64,000 bases of DNA from Lytechinus pictus (Eukaryota), in the NCBI RefSeq assembly GCF_037042905.1, contig NC_087251.1, forward strand, positions 6,326,001 through 6,390,000. The letters run 5' to 3'. The notes below the pieces were generated by a model. It saw only the letters and a program-made list of their open reading frames with translations. It was not told the DNA's origin and searched no databases. Both the position numbers and the translations under genes were made by a program. Of the stretch, positions 14,401-24,226 are shown piece after piece (within the stretch, counting starts at the first letter, position 1; the number at the start of each line of letters is the position of its first letter).

Positions 14401-16334
14401 CAGAAAGCACAGCTTGTGATGAGTGCACCGTGACATAGACAATAAATACATAATACATGAAAAAACTTATCTAAACAGGGTACATTACAAAACAATTAAG
14501 GGGAAAACAAAAGGGGGGACGATGTTCTATCCAAATCGGCTTTTTCAGATTAATGTAGAATTCAGCTACAGATCACTATCGAACATAGAAATTTATTTCA
14601 TCACAGATTATCTAGTCATGCCAAGTCTCATAAAATTTTGGATTTTCAAATTACAAATTGATGTGTCAGTTTGACATGAAGAAATGATTAATGCTGAATT
14701 TTTATTTAATATAAATTTGATTCATTTCAGATAGTTAAATGTCATATAAGTCTGCATCCTGTATAAGTCAAAACTTTGTTTCAGCTGAATGAATGGAATC
14801 TTTTCAATCTTTGATTATAACATGTTTTTAATTGGATAGGCCTAAACATTTTAAAGCTGTATGTCAGTTTTGCCAGTCCCAGCAGGGACAACTCAATAGA
14901 GTTAGACTGTATTTAAGAAGTCCTACTTCCTCCATTTATTCAATGAAATTCTGTCTTTCTTGCATATTATTCATAGACCACCACCAATAAGAAATCACTA
15001 CAGACATCCAAGAAGCCATCATCATCTCCCAGCAAACAGAAGACATCATCTGATGCATCAGGTTGGGGTAATCAAGACTCTGGATGGGATGATGATGGAT
15101 GGGGTTCATGTGGTAATGAAGGAGGAGGAGGCAGTGATAGTGGTTAGTATTTTGTTATGGTGTTCTTTTATGACTGTATTTCTCTTGTGGAATTTGGGAA
15201 TGATGTAGTCCGTTATTTTGTTCATGAATTAGAACTTGAACAATAAGAATTTCATCTTCAGATTTTGTGCTCATTAGTGTTAGGCTTGGTCAATAATTTA
15301 TTATCTTCTCCAAATCCTTAATTCTGATCTGTTCCAAGTCCACATCTTTTCATACTTAATGATAATAATTATTAACCGTATCAGACACCTGAGCAGGGCA
15401 ACTTTAATACATTATTGCCTGCGATGACTGTGATCAAGTGGTCAGTCAATAAGTTTCCAATTGTTTATCCACGAACCCAATTTATTGCCCGCTTAGGAAA
15501 GTCAATGAGAAAATGCGTGGAAATGTAGCCGGCAATAAGGCACAGCTAACATCCGCGTATTCTACGCGTCATATTGAACCACGCAGTGCTATACGTCATA
15601 ATGTTGATCAAGTTGAGACAACGCTGGCCTACTGCGTCCTCATGCCACCATGGGCCTACTAGTAGGTCTATGATGCCACGAAGGCGTCACAATGGCAAAG
15701 TTCAAAGGCCCAGTCTCCTCAACATGACAAAATAGATTCCCATTCTTAAACTGTAAAATATGTAAATTTTCATGATTTTTGCTCTAGATGTCTGATTTGG
15801 ATAATAATACAAATGTTGACTGGCTTTTCCTTCGGGGGAACATAAAATATATTGCCCTTAAAAAGAACCATATTGCCCTCGTCTAATGACTCGGGCCAAT
15901 ATGATTCTATTGCGGGCAATATATTTGATGTTCCCCTCAGGCCAGTCAGTATTGTATATTGTCCGCTTTTATATAGCGCATATATATTTTTACAGATTTC
16001 ACTGGGAGTAGTTTGTAAAGAATTGATTTTGCACTTTTTTCACATTTTCATTGTTATACACTACAATTGAGTGAAAACATTAATATTTTTATTGCTTCTT
16101 TTATAGAAGCACTGTTTTATTTTCAAATTTTTTTCTGCCTATTTTTGCCTTTTATTTCAAGTGAATGCAAACATTTTCATTGTAGTTCCATCTTGTCTTT
16201 CAGGACTAAGTAAAGCAGAGCTTGCCAAGAAAAAGAGAGAAGAAAGGAGATTGCAAAGAGAGAAAGAACTTCAAGAGAAGAGAGCAGCTAAGAAAGCATC
16301 AGGACCAACCAGACTAGGTGTAAAAAAAGATTGA
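767..16334 (+). CDS. SCYL1: SCY1-like pseudokinase 1 (N-terminal kinase-like protein); 5'-partial, 16 coding exons in window, 932 aa
   Basis: Exons 767-1018, 1322-1548, 2513-2603, 3043-3198, 4417-4575, 5209-5316, 7444-7557, 8362-8454, 10259-10321, 10653-10917, 11807-11947, 12311-12468, 13174-13707, 14162-14302, 14977-15142, 16204-16334. All are GT-AG and phase-compatible (2799 nt). Motifs recognised as SCYL1: [82 protein letters not shown]. Confidence 0.96.
1035..1163. mobile_element. Small MITE, PIF/Harbinger-like; related copies at ~7748-7860 and ~18295-18455
   Basis: Imperfect TIRs GAGAGGGTTTCAT / ATGAAACACTCCC with CTG on both sides; internal GACAAGTTGTCAGATCTGA shared with the ~7750 copy. 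Confidence 0.6.
1322..1548 (+). CDS. SCYL1: SCYL1 exon
   Basis: cag|AAA..TG|gtaagt; [29 protein letters not shown]. Confidence 0.94.
1613..2133 (+). mobile_element. Helentron-associated (HINE/DINE-1-like) non-autonomous element with 2 x ~157-bp units
   Basis: Subterminal IR GTCTCGCCCAC (1620) / GTGGGCGAGAC (2101); partner GGCGAGAC at 1641; (CCGT)n microsatellite; tandem core; T-rich flanks; ends CTTGTT. Confidence 0.72.
2513..2603 (+). CDS. SCYL1: SCYL1 exon
   Basis: tag|G..AAG|gtaaat; [20 protein letters not shown]. Confidence 0.94.
3043..3198 (+). CDS. SCYL1: SCYL1 exon
   Basis: tag|ATA..CAG|gtaaga; [26 protein letters not shown]. Confidence 0.95.
3572..4357. mobile_element. MITE with 19-bp TIRs and TA flanks (Tc1/mariner/pogo type)
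   Basis: ta|CTGTATAAGCTGTTATTTT ... AAAATAACAGCTTATACAG|ta. Confidence 0.8.
4417..4575 (+). CDS. SCYL1: SCYL1 exon
   Basis: cag|ATC..AAG|gtttga; [26 protein letters not shown]. Confidence 0.95.
5209..5316 (+). CDS. SCYL1: SCYL1 exon (HEAT repeats)
   Basis: tag|TTG..CAG|gtaaga; [27 protein letters not shown]. Confidence 0.95.
5490..6951 (+). mobile_element. Tc1-family DNA transposon (IR/DR type), internally deleted, in an SCYL1 intron
   Basis: ta|CAGTTGGCAGCAAAATGATTCAACCCCC ... GGGGGTTGAATAATTTTGCTTCCAACTG|ta; ~220-bp IRs with inner repeats at ~5684 and ~6735; transposase remnant inside. Confidence 0.95.
5846..6571 (+). pseudogene. Tc1 transposase remnant; N-terminal DNA-binding region missing, DD34E changed to DD34K
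   Basis: Motifs [27 protein letters not shown] and [15 protein letters not shown]; canonical form is PIENLW; no ATG start. Confidence 0.9.
7444..7557 (+). CDS. SCYL1: SCYL1 exon (HEAT repeats)
   Basis: cag|ATG..AAG|gtaaga; [28 protein letters not shown]. Confidence 0.95.
8006..8187. mobile_element. Degenerate small MITE
   Basis: CAGGTTGGTGTTCCATAAAG ... TTTTATGAAGCACCTACCTG, imperfect inverted ends. Confidence 0.5.
8362..8454 (+). CDS. SCYL1: SCYL1 exon
   Basis: tag|GCT..CAG|gtaaga; [21 protein letters not shown]. Confidence 0.95.
8760..9110 (+). repeat. Pyrimidine-rich low-complexity tract
   Basis: C/T-dominated sequence; produces spurious F/L/S/P ORFs in all three + frames. Confidence 0.8.
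10259..10321 (+). CDS. SCYL1: SCYL1 exon
   Basis: cag|GGA..GCG|gtaagt; [21 protein letters not shown]. Confidence 0.94.
10653..10917 (+). CDS. SCYL1: SCYL1 exon
   Basis: cag|ACA..G|gtaaga; [32 protein letters not shown]. Confidence 0.95.
10960..11711. mobile_element. Partial pogo/Tigger-like MITE; right end visible, left boundary approximate
   Basis: Right end CCGGATAAGAGAGGTTGGACTG|ta with repeated CCGGATAA subterminal motifs; no matching left TIR found. Confidence 0.4.
11807..11947 (+). CDS. SCYL1: SCYL1 exon
   Basis: cag|AG..G|gtaagt; [21 protein letters not shown]. Confidence 0.92.
12311..12468 (+). CDS. SCYL1: SCYL1 exon (disordered region)
   Basis: cag|CC..GAG|gtatgc; open, phase-compatible; [13 protein letters not shown]. 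Confidence 0.85.
12902..13043. mobile_element. 142-bp MITE with GC-rich TIRs
   Basis: CAGGGGCCGCGGAAC ... GTTCCGCGGCCCCTG, perfect 15-bp TIR; TTATA on both sides. Confidence 0.8.
13174..13707 (+). CDS. SCYL1: SCYL1 exon (acidic Trp-rich region)
   Basis: aag|GAT..AAG|gtataa; in frame with ORF 13393-13713. Confidence 0.85.
14162..14302 (+). CDS. SCYL1: SCYL1 exon
   Basis: cag|CCA..GAG|gtgaat; [12 protein letters not shown], similar to the ASEYNW segment of vertebrate SCYL1. Confidence 0.87.
14977..15142 (+). CDS. SCYL1: SCYL1 exon
   Basis: tag|ACC..G|gttagt; [16 protein letters not shown]. Confidence 0.85.
15368..15960 (-). mobile_element. Unclassified element: inner inverted-repeat pair plus long terminal hairpin
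   Basis: Imperfect IR 15368-15395 / 15780-15808; hairpin ~15817-15948 centred on GTC-TAAT-GAC (15881-15890). Confidence 0.55.
16204..16334 (+). CDS. SCYL1: SCYL1 terminal coding exon
   Basis: cag|[34 protein letters not shown]. Confidence 0.93.
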
Positions 16335-16517
16335 GATTACTCATAATTCCCATTCCTTTTTTAAAGCGTATCAACATTTTATGATTAAGTGTTGTGACAC
16401 TTAGAAAATAATAATTTACTCTTATAAATTTCAATTATGGAAAGCATGCAGTTCCATAAATTGTTGTCTTGAATATGTATGCCAAAAACACAGAGGAGGA
16501 CCGATTATGGCATTGAC

Positions 16518-17476
16518 TTTTTGTCTCACCTGCATAGCAGAGTGAGACTATAGGCGCCGCTTTTCCGACGGCGGCGGCGACGGCGGCGTCAACACCAAAT
16601 CTTAACCTGAGGTTAAGTTTTTGAAATGACAGCATAACTTAGAAAGTATATGGACCTAGTTCATGAAACTTGGCCATAAGGTTAATCAAGTATTACTGAA
16701 CATCCTGCCTGAGTTTCATGTCACATGACCAAGGTCAAAGGTCATTTAGGGTCAATGAACTTAGACCATGTTGGGGGAATCAACATCAAAATCTTAACCT
16801 AAGGTTAAGTTTTTGAAATGTCATCATAACTTAGAAAATATATGGACCTAGTTCATGAAACTTATACATAAGGTTAATCAAGTATCAATGAACATCCTGC
16901 TTGAGTTTCACATCACATGACCAAGGTCAAAGGTCATTTAGGGTCAAAGACCTTTGGCCGAATTGGGGGTATCTGTTGAATTACCATCATAACTTTGAAA
17001 GTTTATGGATCTGATTCATGAAACTTGGACATAATAGTAATCAAGTATTACTGAACATCCTGTGCAAGTTTCAGGTCACATGATCAAGGTCAAAGGTCAT
17101 TTAGGGTCAATGATCTTTGGCCAAATTGGGGTATTTGTTGAATTACAGCCATAAATTTGAAAGTGTGTTGGTCTAGTTCATAAAACTTGGACATAATAGT
17201 AATCAAGTATCACTGAACATCCTGTGCAAGTTTCAGGTCACATGATCAAGGTCAAAGGTCATGTTAAGGTCAAAGAACTTTGGCCACGTTGGGGGTATTT
17301 GTTGAATTGCCATCATATCTCTATAAGTGTATTGGTCTAGTTCATAAAACGTGGAAATAAGAGTAACCAAGTATCACTGAACATCTTGTGCGAGTTATAG
17401 TAGTTTTCAAAATCAGCACTGCTGCTATATTGAATCGCGTGATGCAGGTGAGACGGCCAGAGGCATTCCACTTGTT
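16518..17476 (+). mobile_element. HINE-like element with 4+ tandem units of ~163 bp, just downstream of the SCYL1 stop
   Basis: Subterminal IR GTCTCACCTGCAT (16523) / ATGCAGGTGAGAC (17442); (CGG)n tract; DR1 cores at 16732, 16924, 17087, 17249; ends CCACTTGTT; same family as 39210 and 52593. Confidence 0.82.
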
Positions 17477-19187
17477 ATAATTGAGGCAGCTTAGAATAGA
17501 TTTTATAAGTTTGGGCTGTGAATGTCTTGCCTTACAGAAAGTTCAAGTGAAACTTTATTATTTCACCCTCATGCTGTCACAGTATCATACCTTACTGTAC
17601 TCTCTTATTGAAAAGTAATTGATAGTATATGTAGCTGTATTTCCCTTACCAATTCTTTCAGTGGCATATAAACTTTTCTTCAAGGTACAGGTGGCAAGAG
17701 TGTGTCTATTGAGTAATAAGAATAAACAAGTACCAAATTCTCCATGTCCATCAAGTTGTAATAAAATAAGAAAGTCAGTTTCTATTGTGGATGTTAGGGA
17801 CTGATTGGTTCTAATTGACAACATTACTGCAATGATTTACAGTAAAGAAGTCTTTCTACATGAAACCATACAAAATTAGGAAACTAAAGTTTACACTCGG
17901 TGAACCTTCTGGTCAGTCATATGATTTCATTATAGTACAAATCTGATCATATTTAACTTGATGTTAATTAATTTTAATGGTAGGAGTTTAGCTTGTTATA
18001 CACCGATGGACTCGGGACAAAGTAATCACATTCTGTTATTGGACCCAATATTGCTGAGCCCAGTTGTACAAACTACATAAGAAGAAAGTGGGAAAATTCT
18101 ATGATATACTGTGCCTGTTTATATTGCGTATTAAAGTACCTTTCAAAAAAAAATGTTATGAGGAAAATATTCACAGAAAATAAATTCTCTAAATCTTTTT
18201 TATTTCTGATACATGAACATCTGAGCTAGGATATTCTAATAGTAAAAGAAAAATACCCATATTACCATTTTACAATTTGAAGAATAAAAGCTGGACAACT
18301 TTTCATGAATTTTTTCATCACTGAGTAAATTGTCGGCTCTGCTTCAGAGAAATCTGAGGTTCTTATTGGCTGAGAAGCATTGCGCTCTATAACTCTGGTA
18401 ACTGTCAAAAAATGATAACTTATCAGTGTTTTAAGCTTCATGAAATAGTGCCCTGATCAACAAGAATTTAAACAATCCATTGTTTCAAATGAGTTAAGGA
18501 GATAATGGATGTCACCACATACAATTATCACCAAAATCGCTCACCCAAGGAAGATTTTACTTATATATCTCTGCAGATGTAGAATATATTTATGAAATTA
18601 GAGTATTGAGATCTCCTTTTGGGCAATTATGGATGTACTTTAATGACAATTTTTATTCAATATGTAATTAGTGGATTGTATTGAATTTAATATATATCAT
18701 TTCCAATTTCTTATATGTGATAATTTTGTATCAATATCAATAACTGTACTATCTACCTAATTACCATTTTATCTTTGGATTCATCTTTACTTTTTTCTTT
18801 AAATATATAGTGCTAATTATAACACATTGTCTAATTAGCCCTTACAATTACAAAACAAAAGCAATTTCAAAGCCATTTATTCATTTAATTTTAGGATCAT
18901 GTTGGTAATATTTGTATGTTTAATCTTTTCAGGGCAAATTTCCAATTTCTTGGGATCGAAACCATGGACGATATAAATTTGTAGTATTGCGGAGCTTCAT
19001 TCAAGCGTGAATTTAGCCCCCTTTGCCAGAAGTGTGCATTTATAATTAAACTTCCTTATTGCTTGTGATGAAATAAGTGTTATTGCGTACATAAAATCTA
19101 CATAGTCCATGGCTTTGTTCCTCAGTACAATTGAAACCACCTTTAGGAATTCTCGCCATTGAGTTACAAAAAAATGAATATTTATAT

Positions 19188-19714
19188 TATATTGGATGGC
19201 TCAGAATGGAATAACAGAAATATTCCAAGAGTTTGGGCAAATATTCCATGAATCACAGATGAGTGGAATACTGGCCATAACAAGTGGAATATTTCTGGTA
19301 TTCCATGAAAGAATGCCATCCAATATACTTATTATCATCTATCCCACATCTAGCAATCAAAAAGAGGGAGAAATTTGATTAAACAAAGTCATATCACTTA
19401 TCACATATTGGCATAATCAAATTCAGTCGTTGACATGCGACTTGCATGTAGTTCAATATGACGTCATCGAGTGTCGTTGTGCCCTTATGATGCGCACCGC
19501 ATTGCTTTCATTGTTGTACGCATTGTATATTTCACGCATTCGCCCATGGGCACTATACTGTTGAATATGCTCTCATATTCAATAGCAAATTTTGTACACG
19601 AGCCTATGGGATATTCTTCAGATTTTGGTCATTTTAGGGATATGCTCTCATACTGCGCAGGCAAAATATGCATGTTTAATGTACGGCTAAAACGCTCTAT
19701 ATAGATGATAATAA
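19188..19714 (+). mobile_element. Unclassified element: long terminal hairpin plus inner inverted-repeat pair
   Basis: Hairpin 19188-19327 (TATATTGGATGGC/GCCATCCAATATA; CAGAAATATTCCA/TGGAATATTTCTG); perfect 14-bp IR TTATTATCATCTAT (19329) / ATAGATGATAATAA (19701). Confidence 0.6.
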
Positions 19715-22343
19715 AGATTCTCTTTAGTTTTGTAAATCCTCCCCCCGCAAAAAAAAAAAGCATGTCAATATTAATTTTCATTACTAGATCATATTAATTC
19801 ATGTGCCCCATAATGGTTGTGGTGTGAACGCTTCAAACAAAAATATTTTTCATTTGATAAATTTTCTTATTTAAATCAGATTTCAATTCAATCAGGTGCC
19901 CTGATCAAAATAGAACATCTGCGTATATTTGTCGTTTATATAAGTCACCTTCCTAAACATAGAATGGGCTGAAAATATCAGGATATAATATTTGTCAGTA
20001 GCTCTCTAATATCCAATTACTGAATATTTAAGGTATGAGCTCAAACAGCCTTTTTAAATTAAAATAACAGAGGGACGCTATTTTTAAATTTAAATCCTAA
20101 TAATCAGAAAAAGGGACATTCTAATGGGTAAAAGATGCATTCAATGACTACTACGCTTTTGTAATATTGTAATGTTCAATGATACTCAAGTATAGTACAT
20201 AATACTGACTCTTTATCAAAGCTAAAGACAGGCTTTAATCCTATTGCTAAAGTATATGTATTACTAGTATACATTTATCAAGATGACTACTTATATTACA
20301 GTATCCATGCTTTTATAGCTGATTGAAATTGAAAACAACATAGCAGAATGACCAATGAGAATATGAATCTGACAAAGCATAATCTTCACCCATGTATTTC
20401 AGATTTTATCATACAATGCAGTATATAAAAAAAGAAAACTTGGCAATGAATTTAGGCTTAATTTGAATTTGCCAACATGTCATGTACATAGTGCATTTTC
20501 AATATTTTTTTTAAGTAATAAATTTACATAAAATGGTGATGTTGCTCTACTATACATCAACATGTATGGACTGATATGGTTAACTGTGGATACCATGTGA
20601 ATGGTGAATATAGTTCCATTTTTCCATATCATTACAGTGATGAATATTGATGAATATGCATGTATTATTAAACAGCTCATATAAAAGATAGGGGTGTGAG
20701 GAGAAATTATATTCATTTATTCAGTACTGAAAGTGTTTCTATTATAAGTATGTGCTTATTAAAGAATGAGGTACATATTATATGATGTTGAAGGTAAGAT
20801 TCTCTTGATCATAATATATGATATAATTTGTATCTAGAAATGTAATATAATAAATTTAATTTTACCACACTCATAGGTATGCAATTTCTTTCTTTACTTT
20901 TGTTTTGACATAAAGTCACTTATTTCTAAAGATTCAGTTTTATGTGTTGTCCTATATGGTATTTCTTTGAAAATACCGTGATATTCAGCTTTTATAATAC
21001 TGCAATATTCTTGTTAAGGTTGGCAGCTCTGATCTAGGGTCCTGATCCATGATTTCTCTGTCATCCAAGGTAACTGCCATAGTAACAATGCTGAAAAAAT
21101 GTTAGAAAATTATCCCACTTCTTGTACACTTAATATCACTTTATCTGTACAGTACATGGGCTTCAGCTGCAGCATATGAACAATACACCTAAAGTATAAA
21201 ATGAAATAAAAATGGCACAACTTTAAATGTTTTGAGCAAACTAAATTGGTGGAAGTGTTCTTAAACTTGACTAACTTTTGTGTAAAAAAAGTGAAATTGA
21301 TCTAATAAGACATGCATGAGTGAACACACAAATGGGTGAATTTCAGAAATTATTATTTATTTCAATGTTAGCTCACTCAATTGTGATACCAAAATTACCC
21401 TTTTGTTTGTACAATTGGCAAAGCATTTCAGTAGCAAAATATGATTTGTCTTTTTTTCTTCTTCAATGATCTGGATGGATGTTTCAGAAGAACTTAGATT
21501 CAGAAATTTTCCTCCAAATCATGTTCATCAAACCAGAAGAATTAGACGAAATGAATAATTTCAATTTCTCATGTAAACTTTGAAAGGCAACAATTTTGAG
21601 TGTGTGCTAACTCGTGGATAATTTGATGAATATTTTATTTTTACGCAGAAGTGTAGCAATACTTTTCTTCTCCCAAGTTATTTTGATAAAACTTTTGTTA
21701 AAAAGTTAGCCAATTCAATTGTTATAACAAAAAAAAATCCTATTTGAAAAGCACTTTTAGGCTAGGATTTTTTATGTGCACTCTTTTTTTTCAGGGGGAA
21801 AGGGGGGGATGGGAGGACTAACTTGAACATGCCTACCCAAATTAAGGATTTTCTGGCTTTTAAAATGTTACAATTGTTCTACTTTTAAGTTAACATGTTG
21901 ATGAATTGGTCTCTCTTGGCATGGGATAAATGGGGGTAATGCTGCCAACATGTAGGTGTGGGGGACTTCTCTTGTGTGAACTGCGAGGTTAGATTCAACA
22001 TATGTGCAAAAAGGTTAAAGGCTAATTCATTATTTACTTCTTCATATGTTGTTGGCTTATTGCAATTTACTAAAACAAAAGCCTAAATCAACACCATTTG
22101 CTAATCTAGTATTTCTTTCAAATGTAGGCAACTCTGCCTACAAAAAAGGTACTCCAGTTTTGCTTCACAATCCTATTTCAATCTCCATTTAGAGGTTGAT
22201 TTTACACTCTAAATTCTTTCAGCCATCGGTAAGTCCAGATGGGCAAAACATACAAAGTCCATATCTTTATCCTTTACTGATCTGTCCTACTCCAAATGTT
22301 GTTCATGTATTCTGGCGAATCCTTAGCTGACCACTGAGGTCTG

Positions 22344-22435
22344 TCAAGTGTCTTTCAGGTCAGCGATCTCTTTGGTTAAAGCTTTGACAGTTTCTTGAAG
22401 GGATGACTCTCTTTGTTTGAGTGCTGCAAAAACAT
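22344..22435 (-). CDS. Small helical gene, exon 3
   Basis: ttaaacag|AT..TGA; heptad-like VFAALKQRESSLQETVKALTKEIADLKDT. Confidence 0.72.
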
Positions 22436-24226
22436 CTGTTTAATGAAGAGAAAATATTGATTACTAATTTTGAAATGAATTGAAAGTTGGCAGATGGTGA
22501 ATTGTATCCAGAAAATCCATGATGTAATTATTGTAGTTTAGTACAAGAGATAATAATAATAAATTAATAACGGCAATTTTACCCAGGGTAGCCACTTCAG
22601 TTCCGAAAACTGTTCTCCCAGCGGGCCCTGCGATTACCCGGCTAAGCTAGGCTACCGATTCAGGTGCACACAGATTTTTGAGGAATTATTTCCTGCCGGT
22701 ACCCATTTACCTCACCTGGGTTGAGTGCAGCACAGTGTGGATAAATTTCTTGCTGAAGGAAAACACACCACGGCTAGGATTCGAACCCACGACCCTCGGT
22801 TTGAAAGGCGAGTCAGAACCACTAGACCATGATGTGCCCACGGTCACCCCCTCCCCCCCCCCCCCCTTCATCACTTTGGAGGAAAAAAAAGAGAATTGAA
22901 GAGAAGTTTTTACAAAAACATAAAGCAAGACTTTCATTTGAAAATCCAATTACCAGGTAAGATGGTAGACAAACCAAAAATGTCTACCATTCACCAATAC
23001 CATCAGCTGTTACAACTAAATTCATGCTGTACATTTTAACATCACAAGTTTTGATGATTAATCATGTCCTTGACAATATACTTCACTGAAGTAAATAAAC
23101 TACAACAGCATTGGTGTATGATCTTTGTGCAACTTTACTTTACAACATACAAATGACTCAAACTAATATGCCAGTGCTTCTCCTAATTTTAATTGAATTG
23201 GGTGTAACTCTTCTCACCTTCAAAGCATTCTGAAGAAGTATTCAGTTCTGTGCATATTGATATTGCATCTTCTATAGGTGACTGGATCCGTTCTTTGCCT
23301 GTTCCTTCATCAACCTTCAACTGAGTTGACCATTTTCTTCTCAAGAGTGCATTTTCTACCTCCTGTAAAATGATGAATGATCAAATTTCCATTTACTTGC
23401 CACACCACAATTTTGTCATAAGTAACAGAGCTACATCATTCATGATTCAAGCCCCAAATAAAGTATTCGAGGTTTCAACATGACACTAAAATCAACTGGA
23501 ATTTACTCAAAATTATATCCTGTCTATAACATATTTCACATCTAAATACATGTGTTGTAAACATTTTCTCATCAGATTTTGTACTAGCAAATTAAAAAGA
23601 TATTTTTCAAATCTGCAAGACAAAGCTCCGCTAGACATGCAGTCTTCTTGGGAGGTTAGTGATACTGCCCTGGCCTGGGACTTTGGACTGTGTTAACTTT
23701 AGATTCCCGGAGCGGAGCTGTGGCGTGGAAACATGTCATGGCATCAACTCGGCTGCCAGAAAATGTGAACATACCGCTAAAAAAAACTAAACGAACCACT
23801 CAAAATATGCAAGAACACTTGGTTGGGGCCAACTCACGCTTTGAGTTTGACTATTAGTATTTGTGCACATGCCCAACAGCACGATCTAGCGCCCATGCTG
23901 GCCAGTGAGTAACCCAGGGAGCTCCGGCCCGCGCAGCCGCTGCGCGGGCGGGAGTTCCCTGGGTTAGCCAGTGAGTAGCTACCTTGCTTGGGCCCTTTTA
24001 GCGCGGGCGCGGCGCGGGAGATGCTCGAGTTTTAACACAAAACATAACACAGTTTTATACGTGTGGGGCAAAGCATTTTCACCTGTGATAAATTGACGAT
24101 GCTTTCACCAAGGACTTTAACATTTGTTCCTGATATATTCAACTGACAACGGAGGATACCATCTTCTTCATTCTCTTCACCGATATGACATTGTGAACTA
24201 GCGTCTTGATCGGAATTTATCGCCAT
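22344..24226 (-). CDS. 126-aa small helical/coiled-coil protein, 3 exons (24226-24083, 23362-23218, 22435-22344); weak TEX12-like resemblance
   Basis: ATG in aaaATGG context; CAG|gtgaaa, ttacag|GAG, G|gtgaga, aaacag|AT; phases 0 and 1 are compatible; 381 nt. Protein: MAINSDQDASSQCHIGEENEEDGILRCQLNISGTNVKVLGESIVNLSQEVENALLRRKWSTQLKVDEGTGKERIQSPIEDAISICTELNTSSECFEDVFAALKQRESSLQETVKALTKEIADLKDT*. Confidence 0.75.
22547..22841 (-). mobile_element. tRNA-derived SINE with (TAT)n tail
   Basis: On the - strand: A box TGGTCTAGTGG (22829-22819), B box GGTTCGAATCC (22787-22777), ~200-bp body including GTAAATGGGTACC, and a TTATTATTA tail. Confidence 0.85.
23218..23362 (-). CDS. Small helical gene, exon 2
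   Basis: ttttacag|GAG..G|gtgaga; open frame EVENALLRRKW..ECFE. Confidence 0.75.
23910..23966. mobile_element. 57-bp fully palindromic micro-element with a 9-bp target-site duplication
   Basis: gccagtgag|TAACCCAGGGAGCTCCGGCCCGCGCAG-CCG-CTGCGCGGGCGGGAGTTCCCTGGGTTA|gccagtgag; 25 of 27 stem positions are Watson-Crick. Confidence 0.85.
24083..24226 (-). CDS. Small helical gene, exon 1
   Basis: ATG at 24226; donor CAG|GTGAAA; lies within ORF 24032-24247. Confidence 0.72.

Noticed and set aside
22323..22346. Stop-codon readthrough or selenocysteine at TGA-C of the small helical gene
   Set aside because: It would add only a few residues before TAA, and no SECIS-like structure was recognised.
22765..22841. 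tRNA gene on the - strand
   Set aside because: A and B boxes are present, but there is no proper acceptor stem or T-run terminator; the sequence continues into a SINE body and tail.
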